A stretch of 63,999 bases of DNA, counting the filler, from Dirinaria sp. TL-2023a (Eukaryota), in NCBI GenBank assembly GCA_051941275.1. It is 4 parts of 4 records of this genome, joined end to end, with 100 filler letters (N's around TTAATTAATTAA, not from the genome) between each part and the next. Parts side by side here need not be neighbours in the genome. Positions count along the whole stretch, not along the records: positions 1 to 16,646 come from JAVEBF010000477.1; positions 16,747 to 33,376 come from JAVEBF010000478.1; 2 more parts are not named here. The stretch is one strand, 5' to 3'. A program made the translations under genes and the position numbers. Each line of letters opens with the position of its first letter. The stretch's first letter is position 1. Positions 12,854 through 24,651 of the stretch are shown piece after piece. The notes under the pieces are model-generated. The model was not told the origin of the DNA, did not search any database, and was given only the letters and a program-made list of their open reading frames with translations.

Positions 12854-13080
12854 TCATGTACCTTACTGGTTAGTGTACATGGTAGGGCATCCGGTCGTCT
12901 GTATTAATAGTGTGGATCGATAAGGTATGGCCTTATCCGTTGTAGAAATTTTCATCCCATTGAGGTCATGATGAGTTGATCATAGTAAGATACATGAATG
13001 TTTTTTGAATGGTAGAAAGTAAACAGTGGAGAGACGTTGCTTGTATCTTACAATGGGGGAGTCAAAGGTAGCTTCTACCT

Positions 13081-13131
13081 ACCTTATACCTACCTTATAC
13101 CTACCTTATACATGCCTTATACATACTTTAT
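13081..13131. repeat. 11-bp tandem repeat (ACCTTATACCT), about 4.5 degenerating copies
   Basis: Directly visible in the MCM4-VTC4 intergenic region. Confidence 0.8.
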
Positions 13132-13219
13132 GTACTGCCCTGTAAGCGTGTAATTGTGTACATAAGGTACTTGAGAGAGCAGGTTTGTGGAGGCGGAAGA
13201 AGCCATTGAGGCAAGCAAG

Positions 13220-13225
13220 CACGTG
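13220..13225. promoter_or_regulatory. CACGTG E-box, candidate Pho4/NUC-1/PalcA site for VTC4
   Basis: GCACGTGC about 330 bp upstream of VTC4; VTC genes are PHO-regulon members. Confidence 0.45.
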
Positions 13226-13318
13226 CAGTAAGAGGAGGGAATTGATTGGTCAATGGCATCCCCAACCTAGCGCGCCTTCCGCGGATCTCCAATCATTGAG
13301 AGTCTACTGTAGATAGCA

Positions 13319-13367
13319 GCAGGTGTAGGACGGCAGGTGTAGGACGGCAGGTGTAGGACGGCAGGTG
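13319..13367. repeat. 14-bp tandem repeat (GCAGGTGTAGGACG) x3.5
   Basis: Three perfect copies plus a partial copy. Confidence 0.9.
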
Positions 13368-13551
13368 GTCGAAAGTCAAGGGTCAGTAAGGCACATTATT
13401 AGGGCAATTCTTGCGGAGGTGGCGAGTGAAGGAGGGTCGGTTGCAGGTTACTTCATTATTTCCTTGGGCTTGGGGTTTCCATCATGGACTGTCGTTACAG
13501 GAAATGAATCATCATCATTGTCAATTCCCAGTCCAGCGGATAGCGTGAAAC

Positions 13552-16163
13552 ATGCAGTACTCATCCCCTCTGTTGCAGTGACTGTCCCATGGAGAAGGAA
13601 GACTGACGTGTAGGTACATGACAGCTTCGGACAGCAGCTACGCACATCTTTAATCAAAGACCATTACTACTACTACATTGCCTACGATGATCTCAAAGAT
13701 GCCCTGAAGACCCCATACGAAACTGAACCCACCCAGCAGCAACCCCATCCGAAGCGGCGGCCGTGGAACGAGGATGACGAAAAGGCTTTTGTGGAGGAGC
13801 TGGAGGCAGAGCTGGACAAGGTGTTTACCTTCCAACGGGTAAAGGCCGAAGAGATCGTCCGACGCATCCGAGGCACACAGCGAGACGTCAAGGAGGTCAT
13901 CGGCCGCCTGGACAGAAATGGGCCCAGACGGTCATCGGCCAACGGGGACACTGGCGATGCGAAGCAGGAGGGGCCTTCCGAGGAGGATTTCATTTTGCTG
14001 GAAGAAGACATCAACGACATTATTGCTGATGTGCACGACCTAGCCCAATTCACCCGGCTCAACTACACCGGCTTTCAGAAGATCATCAAAAAGCACGACG
14101 TATGTTTGAAATCGATCGTTCTCATCTCCAGCACTGGTATGCTGACCCGTGGAAGAAACAAACCTCGTGGCACCTCAAGCCTGTCTTTGCTGCACGCTTA
14201 AAGGCCAAACCTTTCTTCAAGGACAATTACGACGCATTGATCGTCAAGCTGTCCAGATTGTACGATGACGTACGGACCAGAGGGAACCCGATCAAGGGAG
14301 ACAGTGCGGCCGGTGGTGGTCAGCAGAATTTTGTACGACAAACAACCAAGTATTGGGTGCATCCCGACAATATCACCGAGCTAAAGCTCATCATCCTCAA
14401 AGTTAGTTTAGAGGGCCGCATGCACTGTACTACCTTGCTCCTTTTTGGCTGACAATGACAAGCACCTCCCGGTTTTGGTTTTCAACCCTAGCAAAGAGTT
14501 TGAGAGCCAAGATTCCGCCATATCGTCCATCTACTACGACAATCCGGACACATGGGAGCTGTACACGGGCCGGTTAAAAAAGACGGAGGGGGCCGAAGCC
14601 ATACGGTTGCGGTGGTACGGTGGCATGAGCACAGAAACAATCTTCGTTGAGAGAAAAACTCACCGGGAAGACTGGACCGGGGAGAAGTCGGTCAAAGCAC
14701 GCTTTTCGTTGAAAGAAAAGAAGGTCAATGACTTTCTCGCCGGTAGGCTCAGCGTTGAAGATGTCTTTGCAAAAATGAGAAAAGAAGGCAAGAAGGGCGA
14801 GAAGGAGATTGCGGATCTCGAGCAACTAGCTCGCGAGATACAGTATAGCGTCATCTCCAGGAAGCTTGTGCCCGTGACAAGGTCTTTCTACAACCGTACT
14901 GCGTTTCAGCTTCCCGGCGATGCGCGTGTCAGGATATCGCTTGATACGGAGCTGACAATGACCCGCGAAGACAATCTTGATGGCCGAGAGCGATCAGGAA
15001 AGAACTGGCGCCGCATGGATATAGGTATCGATTATCCCTTCTCACAGCTCCCTCCTCAAGACGTGGAGCGGTTCCCGTACGCGGTCTTGGAAGTCAAATT
15101 ACAGACTCAAGAAGGACAGGAGCCTCCGGAGTGGGTACGCGACCTCATAAGCAGCCATCTGGTGGAAGCAGTTCCTAAGTTCAGTAAATTCATCCACGGT
15201 ACTGCGACCATGTTCCCCACAAGGATCCATCTTCTTCCGTTCTGGATGCCGCAAATGGATGTCGATATTCGCAAGCCGGTTAATCGCCGCTTTGGAATTG
15301 AACGACCAGGTCAGTCAGCAATGTACAGCACCAGCGACGACCTTTTAGACGATGATTCCGATGACCCTTATCACGGAGACGAAGAGTCCGCCTCAGCCAA
15401 CCAGCAAACCCTGCGCAACCTACGACACAACGCAGATGATGATAGTGACCTTGGGATCCAGCGACTCCGCGAAGCTAGAGATGCCATGGAAGAGTATGAC
15501 ATGGCACGCGGCACCGACTCCCCACCCACGACCGGCAATGCTCTCGATATCGAAGAGCGTATCGCAAATGGTCCGTTGACGAACCCGGACGATTACCCGA
15601 TCTATGACTCCGAAGACGACGAGGATTCAGCGGCAGACGCTTCTCGAAACGAGAAGCGCTGGCCGTGGCTCCGCCGCAAGGTCAACCACCACGTCGTCCT
15701 GGTCAGAGATTACCTCTGGCGCTTCCTCAAGATCGTAGCACCGGTGCCGCGGCCGACGAAGATCCCCGACCGCATGATCAACAGCATGCCCGGCGGGCAG
15801 GTCGAAACCAAGCACTTCAAGGCCCCTAAGGGCAAACGCATCCACGTGCCCGTCCGCGTGGAGCCGAAGGTCTACTTCGCCGCCGAACGCACCTTCCTCT
15901 CCTGGCTCGAGTTTGGCATCATCCTCGGCAGTATCGCCGCCACTTTGCTCAACTTCGGCGATCGCATCAGCCTCTACTCCGCCTGGGCGTTCACGGTCGT
16001 CGCCTGCGCCGCCCTGCTCTACAGCGGTGGCTTGTATATCTGGCGCGTGAGGATGATCCGTGGCAGACGCGCGGCCAGGTATCATGACGCGTTTGGCCCG
16101 ACTGTTTTGTGCCTCGGACTGCTTTTGGCTGTTGCGATCAATTTTGGCTTGAGGTTTAGTTAA
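13552..16163 (+). CDS. VTC4: Vacuolar transporter chaperone 4 (polyphosphate polymerase)
   Basis: Spliced start [26 protein letters not shown] (SPX domain), [17 protein letters not shown] domain ([41 protein letters not shown]), and DUF202 TM region ([17 protein letters not shown]). Confidence 0.96.
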
Positions 16164-16646
16164 ATTGGGCAAACAAACCGTCCCTGGGCTAGGTAGGTCG
16201 GGGGTTTTCTGGGAGAGGAGTATGTCTTGTCTTGCTTGCTTTCTTTTTCGTGAAAATAAGGGGGGGGAGATGGCGGGGTTGTGTACCAAAAGCACCATGG
16301 GGAGCACTCGCCGGCCTTTCATCGCTGTCGATAGGAAAGACTCTCTAGTTGCGCAAGAAGCCCAAAAAAAAGGGTATTTTTTTCCCACGATGTGTATTGG
16401 CATTAAAAGGGGGTTTCCAGTAAACCCTCGCTTTCCCATCTACAAGCACATGCCAAAAAATTCGCATACAAGTAGCAGAGGAATAAGCTTCAAAATGTAC
16501 ACTGTAGCTAGAACGGATTTTTTTCTTTTGTTGCGGTGGTTATATATAACTAGTAAATACCTTACTTTACACACTGCGGATCTATTTCTCTTCATACATG
16601 GACTTTTTATTTTCTGATTTGGGGGGGAAAAGAGTTTTTTCTGCTT

Positions 16647-16746
16647 NNNNNNNNNNNNNNNNNNNNNNNNNNNNNNNNNNNNNNNNNNNNTTAATTAATT
16701 AANNNNNNNNNNNNNNNNNNNNNNNNNNNNNNNNNNNNNNNNNNNN
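16647..16746. other. Artificial assembly spacer
   Basis: N44-TTAATTAATTAA-N44, a six-frame stop linker. Confidence 0.97.
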
Positions 16747-16857
16747 CCCCAATTCAATTCAATTAATCCTTCGATCATCCTAACTCTGCTCTGCTGATTC
16801 AAAGTAATTATTCCCTGATGGAATGTATCATAACAAAACTAAACTTGCATTTCTATC

Positions 16858-19443
16858 TTAATCCTCGATATCATCATCACTAAGCCATAATTTCCCCCCT
16901 TCCCCCTTCTCCTTTTCCAGCACGCTTTCATCAGGGCCCCTAAGTCTCGATGATGGTGGTGGTGGTGGAGGGGGCATTATTTTCTGGGAAGAAGAAGGGA
17001 GGGGATCTTCTTCTTCTTCTTCAGAGAGAAAAGAGGGGGAAAAGGATGAAAGGTTGAACGTCGTGATTTTCTCGAGGACGGATTTTTTGGAAGGAGGAAT
17101 ATGGCGGGCGACTTTCACCATATAAGGCATACGATCAAGGAGTAGTTCCTGCAAGGCGAGCGGGCGGAGCTTTTCCCCTTCTTCTGCTGCTGGGGCAGAG
17201 ACGGAAGAAGAAGAAGCAGAAGCTGAGAAGAAAGGGTCCGGAGAGCGAGTGGAAAAATGAGTAGAGATCAAACTCTCCATCTCCTCCATCTGCCGCCCGA
17301 GTCGCAAGCTGCTTGGATACCGCATTCTGTTCCCTCCTCCTTCTCGAAGACCGCCTTTGCTGGGATTGGAATTGTGATGGCGGGTGGCGGTGGTGGTGGT
17401 GCTTGCGGCGGCGCGTTTTACAGGGTAAGGTAATGCGAACAGCAACCCGCGGACTGCGACGTGGAAGGCGATTTCTGTCTGCCGGAGGTCTTCGCTCGCT
17501 TGGTGGGAGTGCCAGATCCGTCTGCCCCGCGCGTTTTCGGAGGAGAGCAGATCTGCGTCCGAGAGGGCGTCGATACTGTCGTTCAGGGTATCTATGAAGG
17601 AAGATCCTTCGCACGAGCGAACGTAATTCTCGTGCAGCGCGGCGATGAAGGTGAGGGGATCGGTGCCTGTCTCGTCGAGCAATTTTTCGACATCTACTTC
17701 CGAGACTTTGTGCCGGGCGTGCTGTGGTGATAGATGGAGCGGTGGCTGAGGAAGTGGCTGTTGGGAGGGATGAGGGTCCTCGCGTTTGTTGTATACGACT
17801 TTGCCCACGGCGTGAAATAGCCCAAGGGTGCTCTCACGCTGGGAGACGAGCGCCAAGCTCTCTTTTTCCATTTTCGTCAACGCATTCGATGCCCCCCTTT
17901 TAGGTTTCGCGGCGATGCGGCCGCTCCAGTCATCGCTGTCGCTGCTCCGCAGGCAGAGGAATTCTAACGAACTGATGGCGCTACGAACGTCGCCTATTTC
18001 GGCTAGCTGTTTGAGGGCAGAAGGTCCAGGAATGCGTCGGCGGCCCGAGTGGCGAGCTTCTTTTTGAAGAACCATTTCCAGGGCCTTGGTGAGGAGCGTA
18101 GGTGCCACAGGATTGAATTCGATGACACTGGTGCCGGCATGAGAAAGGATATCGGGCCCGAGGAGGCGGTGGGCGGTGAAATTGTCGGACGAGGTCGACC
18201 CAGATATTTCGGTGATGATCATTACAAGGGGGCGGATGTTGGATGTCGTTTGATGCTGGGAAGGTTGGAAAGAATCAGTGAAGGGCACATTGGATGCAAG
18301 GTACTGCAGGATGCTGGTTCGAAAAGAGCGGAGTGCCTGGGAGGTACTTGTGAAAGTATTCGGGTATTCTTCGATTAGTATGAGTTTCTTTCTATTGCTA
18401 TCAGACATTGAAGTCGAGTCTCTTTGCAGACTAGCTCCGATCTGAGGTCTGTCACTTGAGAAGTTCAGACTTCCGAACATTCCACTCCTTCCGAGGAAAT
18501 CCTCAAACTGAGCTGATATAGAAATGTAGTTCTCAGAGGTGAAGTCTGTGTCTACAGGATTTTTCCATTCCGAGACGTCAACGTCCATAATCTTGGCCAA
18601 AGCAGAGATTGTAGCCGTTTTTCCTGCTCCAGAAGGTCCCTTCAGTATCAGCAGTCTCTTTCTAGCCGTCAGCAAAAGACCTATCATAGGGATTCTACGA
18701 ATACTCACCTTGTGATCTTGACCCTTCAGAACGCCATCTAGCCAGCCTCGCACATCGGCCACCTTCCTCTTATGCACCATGAGCTCCTCAAGGCTTGCTG
18801 GCCCATACTTCTCCGACCACGGTCTTGTATCAGGCGCTTCTTTTACCACCTTTGTTTGCGTAGATGCTTCCTTCGCGGAGGCCTGTCCCACTGTCAGGAA
18901 CCTCTGTGTTGCGGTTATAGCCTTCTCCTGGCCTGGGGCAAGTATGTGGTTCTGTGGCTTTTCGCGCAGGGGTTTCCGGCGGTCAAGGACTGTACGCGTA
19001 GTAGAACCAGTGATTCCCGGCCTGATCGATACCTTGTGAATCGGCTCGTCTCCGGAGTCGTCTTCTATGATATCCTCTTCGGTTTCTTCCACCACAGGCG
19101 TCTGCTCATCTGATCTTGGCTTTTCCCTCGCCAGGGCCGCCTGGCTTGCAGCATTGAAGAATGAATGCAGAGATCCATCGACTAGAGATTTTGAAGTGGA
19201 CTTTGTCTGTGGTTTCCCTGGAGAAGAATGCCGACTAAGCTGAGGAGGGAGAGTTGACTCCTCCGTGGTCCGTGATCTGGTTGGTAATGAACAATTGCGT
19301 ACGCTGCCGCCGTTCGCCGATTTCGAAGAATCCTTTAACTTGATATGAGGAGCAATGCTGGGCTTACTCGGTGGGGTGGGCACATCGTCGTCTGAGCTTA
19401 GTACAATGTGCCTCTTCTGCCGTTTGGCCGGCGGCGGAGCCAT
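16858..19443 (-). CDS. RAD17: Checkpoint clamp loader Rad17/Rad24 (RFC-like AAA+)
   Basis: [25 protein letters not shown], Walker A GPSGAGKT, ILIEEYPN, IEFNPVAPT, GDVRSAI, LFHAVGKVVYNKR; one in-frame intron near 18660-18710. Confidence 0.93.
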   Translation of the reverse strand: MAPPPAKRQKRHIVLSSDDDVPTPPSKPSIAPHIKLKDSSKSANGGSVRNCSLPTRSRTTEESTLPPQLSRHSSPGKPQTKSTSKSLVDGSLHSFFNAASQAALAREKPRSDEQTPVVEETEEDIIEDDSGDEPIHKVSIRPGITGSTTRTVLDRRKPLREKPQNHILAPGQEKAITATQRFLTVGQASAKEASTQTKVVKEAPDTRPWSEKYGPASLEELMVHKRKVADVRGWLDGVLKGQDHKVSIRRIPMIGLLLTARKRLLILKGPSGAGKTATISALAKIMDVDVSEWKNPVDTDFTSENYISISAQFEDFLGRSGMFGSLNFSSDRPQIGASLQRDSTSMSDSNRKKLILIEEYPNTFTSTSQALRSFRTSILQYLASNVPFTDSFQPSQHQTTSNIRPLVMIITEISGSTSSDNFTAHRLLGPDILSHAGTSVIEFNPVAPTLLTKALEMVLQKEARHSGRRRIPGPSALKQLAEIGDVRSAISSLEFLCLRSSDSDDWSGRIAAKPKRGASNALTKMEKESLALVSQRESTLGLFHAVGKVVYNKREDPHPSQQPLPQPPLHLSPQHARHKVSEVDVEKLLDETGTDPLTFIAALHENYVRSCEGSSFIDTLNDSIDALSDADLLSSENARGRRIWHSHQASEDLRQTEIAFHVAVRGLLFALPYPVKRAAASTTTTATRHHNSNPSKGGLREGGGNRMRYPSSLRLGRQMEEMESLISTHFSTRSPDPFFSASASSSSVSAPAAEEGEKLRPLALQELLLDRMPYMVKVARHIPPSKKSVLEKITTFNLSSFSPSFLSEEEEEDPLPSSSQKIMPPPPPPPSSRLRGPDESVLEKEKGEGGKLWLSDDDIED

Positions 19444-20257
19444 GCGAACTCTGAATGAGAAGAGTCGAAACTGAATTTTGGCATTGCATAGCGCAAGTTG
19501 AGCGCAGAAGTGCTCACATCTTTGTAAGTTGCGCTCAGATCGCGGAATAACTACGGTGTGTTTTGGTTGGAGGTATTCGATACACCCGTCGCTTGGTAGA
19601 CTACACCCCTATATCTTTATAACCACCGCTCTATCTAACATTTACTTAACCGCGGAAAGTAGGAGTACTTTTACATGGCTTTGCAAATAGCTGAGGCACT
19701 CACCAACACCATCTCCCAATTTTGAACAGATCATTTGTAGCCGTCACGTTCAAACATGCAGATCTTTCGGATCACGACGACAAATCTAGGGCCCAGCACA
19801 GCACATCTTCTTAATTTCCCTCTCGCACAAAATGCATTAAACAGTAGAATCAATGTGTGAGAGAAATCAAGCGTGTCATTCTATGAATTGTGATTCGATA
19901 GGGCTCTTGCATATCTAGGCAAGACTGCTTGCTGCACTTGCTCGAAACTAGTCAGATCATCAATAAAGCACCCGTGTGTACACGAGTCTCCCCAAGCAAA
20001 CGCAACCCGTTCTTATCGTACAAGAGATGTAGAAGCAGCATACCGCCATATCTCCGTGCCTTACATAGAAGATCCAGATCGAATGGCCTTAGCTCCTTCC
20101 CCATGCTAGCCGGCGTCAAGAAAGAGCAGAATAGAGTTAAATGCCTCTTCCCATTGTGCTCAGACACGGCTATCGCTTGTTTTCTGGATCACATCCGTTT
20201 TCCATCTTGTGTACCAAGTCAACGTCAAGATTTATGGAGATTGACTGCCCAAGCTTA

Positions 20258-23200
20258 TCACCAGAAGCCTGGATCGGCAATGGATACTGGCATTTGGGTC
20301 TGTGGTTTTGTCGAGACACCCTTTGGCCCCTTGTTATGGTAACCCACACTATCGATCCGTGTGACCACATCTCTGGCTAGGAAGCTCATACGCTTGACAA
20401 CACCGCCGTCGATAAGGCCTTGGACCGTCCACTTTGCCGTTTCCCCGAGCTCGAGCGTCTTGTTTTCTGTGAAAGCACGCGCAGCAGAGGCCGAGAATAG
20501 AGAAGCTTCCCACCACAATCTGTCTTCACTCACCATCTGCTTACGCGGCTTGCTGTAAGCACGGCATTCCTGATCGTTTCCGAAGGCGGGAGGTTCGATC
20601 CCAAGCTCCTCAACTTCGCTAAGCCGCAGAAGGAGATCGGGGTAAATGACCGAGCGGTGATGTGTTTCTCGACGGAGCTGGACGCTCTTTATAGTAAGCG
20701 CTTTGCTTGGAATATTGGTGCAGAGACTAATTGACTTTTGATCTTCAGATGGCACCACATGGAGGTTCTCAACAAGGGATGTTGCCGCTTGACGCTGCTG
20801 CAGGCTGGATGGCCGACTTGCACGTACGGTGAGACTCGCGTCCCAGTAACGTCTTGGAAAATGCCAATTGATAGATCCAAACAGCTTCGATGCACTGTAG
20901 ATAGTGAATTCCCCATTTTCCTTCGCATCGACTTGGACAATCACCTCGTCGTCTTCTTTGTGCAACGCCGAACAAGTAAAACTGTAATATATCTTCCGCT
21001 CGCACGGCTCCTTGACGAACATCTGACGACCAGAAGAGAGCCTTAGATCAACGATAAAGTCGATGTCGCTCGCTCGTGTCGTGATACGATCTGTCATATG
21101 AACGTCGAAACGTACATGACCTTGCTTGTTCGGGAAGACATCGTGCCACTGAGCAATCGCAAAGCTGCTCTTCCTCCATTGATTGGAGCCTGACTTGTTG
21201 TCGATGAAGAAGCGGCCGATCGTTGTCTGAATCTCCACATTGCCTTGAACTGAGCGGACGAGTTTTAGGATAGACGTTGCCGCCGCATCGTATGCGAGTG
21301 TCGCACCTGTGTTGGTTTGCAAAGTAGCCGCGGGCGATTTGCGTTGCCTCATCGTATTCCGAAAATTTCTAGACGCGACTTCGTTACGCTGCTGTACGCG
21401 TCCTTGAGCTTTGTTTGCGGGAACGGCAGCTTCGCCGAAATCGATCAGTCGGCCTTCTTGGGCGGTGGTAATAACGGAAGATGCCCAGTCCGGAGTTGGC
21501 TCAGCTCGGCTTTTGATCGACGAAGTATTGGACCGCGACGGTAGGTATGGCGGGTTTAGTTCAGGTAATCTTGCCCTGCTCCCAGGCGCATTGGAGATAG
21601 AGGCTCGCGAAGAAGGTGTTTTCGATGCTCCGCTGACCTGAGATACATGTTGCGTGGAGATAGACACTCGTGAGGAAGGCGTTCTCGGTGCTGCATTGGC
21701 TTGAGATACATGTTGCGTGGAAATAGACGCTCGTGAAGAAGGCGTTTTCGGTGCTTCATTGGCTTGAGATATATCTGCAGGATGACCTGTCGCTGAAGAC
21801 GATTCAGCAGATGTCATCTCGGCGATTTTTGCCACTGATTGCGAAGTCTCAACAGTAGTTGTAACTGCAGCCCCTCCCGCTGCCTTCCTCGCTTTTTTGG
21901 CGCTCTGAGGTAGTAACGGCTGCGATAAAGTAGATTCACGAGTTTGAGGAGCTTTTCTTGTTTCTTCTGTCTGGTTTGCTTTGGCTCGTTGGGCATGACC
22001 TTGCTTAACTTCTTGCACTTCGGATACAGATGGCTTGAATGGATCCGAGGCAGATCGTGCGGCGCTCTCTTCGACCCATTTGCTGATCTTATCGGTCTTG
22101 GATGCTGCCAAATAAGGAGTGAAGTGAGCCGTGGGTGCTGAGTCATTGTTGTCTTGCCCAGCTGCGTTCGAGCACTGCGTTGCTCCGCTCAACTGCCCGT
22201 TCTTTAACCCACCAATATTGTACGGCTGAGGCACGTAACCTTCCCACAGCTTTCCTTGATATTCTGGCGAATCATCACGCTCGATTGGTCGGGGTTGTGC
22301 GATAGGAAAGAATTGACCGTCCTTGATCATAACCAAGGCGAGTTGGCTGGACAGAACACGACTGAGCTTGTGGCTTAACGAGATAAGAGTGGTTGCGAGG
22401 CGGCGATCATTAAATGACTTTAGTGGTACCATCCGCAGCATGACGTTGGTCTCTCCTTCGGTGACTGAGAAGTCGTATGTTATGGGCAGCGTAGATTGTT
22501 GAGACTGTCCATCTCTATTAGCGCCCGAAAACTCGAGACGAATAACAACATACTGTAGAAGCCCAGAGCATGTCAAGTTTCTTAATGGCTTTCTCTACGT
22601 CTTCATCATTATATCCTCGTACGACAATTGTCTTCCTATCGCCTTTAGGCTCCAGGCGACAGCCAGTCAAGTTTTCCACTCCTTTCAGTATATCGAGCTC
22701 CCTACCCATTGAACCGTTGCTCCATTCCTTAACCACCGGATCGAAGTCGATGAGCTTATCGACTTCATTCTTGATCTCTGCGGTCTCGCTGGAGCTCTCT
22801 GGGTCTGATTTCGCATCCCCGGCTTGGGAGATTAACGTACCAGGTGCCCTCTCAACTTCCGTGTTCTAGATAGATTTGAGCTCGCTTAGGCCTAAATCAA
22901 GGAGGCTAAACCTTACCTGAAGCGTCTCATGTCCTAAAGTTTGCTCGCTAGGATGATGGCGTCTTGTGTAGTCGGTAACAGTCTGTGCGAACGCCCCAAG
23001 GGCATCTCCATCGAAGCTTGGATACCGCAGGATGAATTGCTAGGAACAGATACGTCATTGGTACGTACTATGTGCGCGCAAGTGAGGTATGCGGTACTTA
23101 CAGTTGAGGCACGGTCCTGAAGCTCTGCTTTGCGGCCTTCCTTCGATGCCCTAACATCATTTGTCAACACCAGAAGCAATGTGGTTGAAAGAGCATAAGG

Positions 23201-23378
23201 TACTGACTCGAACCTCCCGGCAAGCTCACGCTTCTGTTGTCAAGTCAGTACTTGTGTTAGCAGTAAAGCCTCGGAACCCAGCTCAGGAAGAACATACAGC
23301 AGTATCGCTCAACACAAAGAACGTTGCAAAGACAGCGACTCGGGTGGTTCCTCTGCTAGATGGCTGGCTTCCGGACAT
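20258..23378 (-). CDS. Uncharacterised multi-exon protein: KH-like segment, long Ser/Pro/Ala-rich linker, conserved C-terminal domain
   Basis: 772-aa ORF plus upstream exons joined by GT-AG introns, including ILKGVENLTGCRLE..TIVVRG..EDVEKAIKKL. The 5' exons and start codon are approximate. Confidence 0.65.
21591..21772 (-). repeat. 63-bp (21-aa) coding tandem repeat x3
   Basis: SQANEAPKTPSSRASISTQH / SQANAAPRTPSSRVSISTQH / SQVSGASKTPSSRASIS. Confidence 0.85.
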
Positions 23379-24651
23379 TGTGACATAAATCTGCGTTGAC
23401 CTCACAAAGTCTAATCAATACCCGCAATTAGCACTATGTAAAGTAGAGGAGGGATGGTGGAAGAAGAGACAAACTTTTGCCGGTAGCAGTGGACAGGAAG
23501 GATGTGTTTGATGACTCGCGCTTACTAGGCATCCACGCGCCACAAGAGCCAGTCAACGTGGTTGCTTGAGTTATCACTCTCGGATCACACAAGGATCACA
23601 CAAAGCAGAGGTTAGAGGTTTTGCAGTTTGGCGAGTAAAAAGAGCGCTCCTGGGAACCCCTCTCTACTTCCCTTTTCGGCAACACTGTGAGATCTGTGCC
23701 AATGAGATTGACAGCTACCGAGACGCGAAAGCTTCGATGTCGGAGCTATTCCCGAGTCAATAGGATTTCGGCAAGTGCCAGGAAGGAAACGGAAACTTGG
23801 TGAGTGAGTGGTAAAGGAAAGAGATGGAGGAGGCAAACATGGTTCTGCTTTGTTTGATGTGGTTTGATGTGACAGGTAGCGCGTTCCAGTCCGATGAAGA
23901 AGCGGTGTGTTGACAAACATGAAGCCTCAATCACGCACCTAAGTTACCAGGGCTCACTTGTCAACAGCACCAACAGCCTGGCACTCAAATCAGACGTACC
24001 TCCTCTATCAGGTTGTGCCTTCCATTTCCAAGTTGCCAATTTGTTGACACTCAGGGAAGGCGTATTTCCCTCCTCCTATTCACAGTCCGGATTTATTCCG
24101 GAATACCCTTTCACTGAAAGGGGCTTCTTTTCTATTGGTGCTGCTCATGGCACCTCGCAGAAGTTGTTTCCTGCTGTTATTTCAAGTCGTCATCTCATGA
24201 TTCCGGTCCGGAATATTGGTTTCTGGTTAAAAACACACGCAAAAAAGATGTACTAAAGGCCAGCCCAATGAACCTAGATGTGGTCCATCGCTACATGATA
24301 TAGTAGAAGTGAGGTTGTACGAAATTTTATACGAGACAGCGTTACAAGGCACGACTTTCGTGATGATACTTCACTGGGTCATGTTACTTTACATTAACAT
24401 TCCATGCATGTGACTCAAGTAACGCTGTAATGTGGAGTGTTGAAAACTTGATCGTGTAACTACTAAGGAAGATGTATCTACCGAGTACAGCATATAGCAA
24501 ACAGCTAGATGCAGATATCGAGATCATACCTGCCTCGAAACTCCTTTGAGCGCCCTCGACCTATGCACCAGCTCCATGCGCGATGGGGTATCTTTTTATC
24601 AGTCGTGTCGTCGTGGCCCATTTCTGTGTTACAGTAGCTGGCCCTGGAGGC

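Noticed and set aside
16691..16702. TTAATTAATTAA palindrome (also at 33421 and 50134) as a biological element
   Set aside because: It is centred in exactly N44/N44 each time, which marks it as a synthetic six-frame stop linker.
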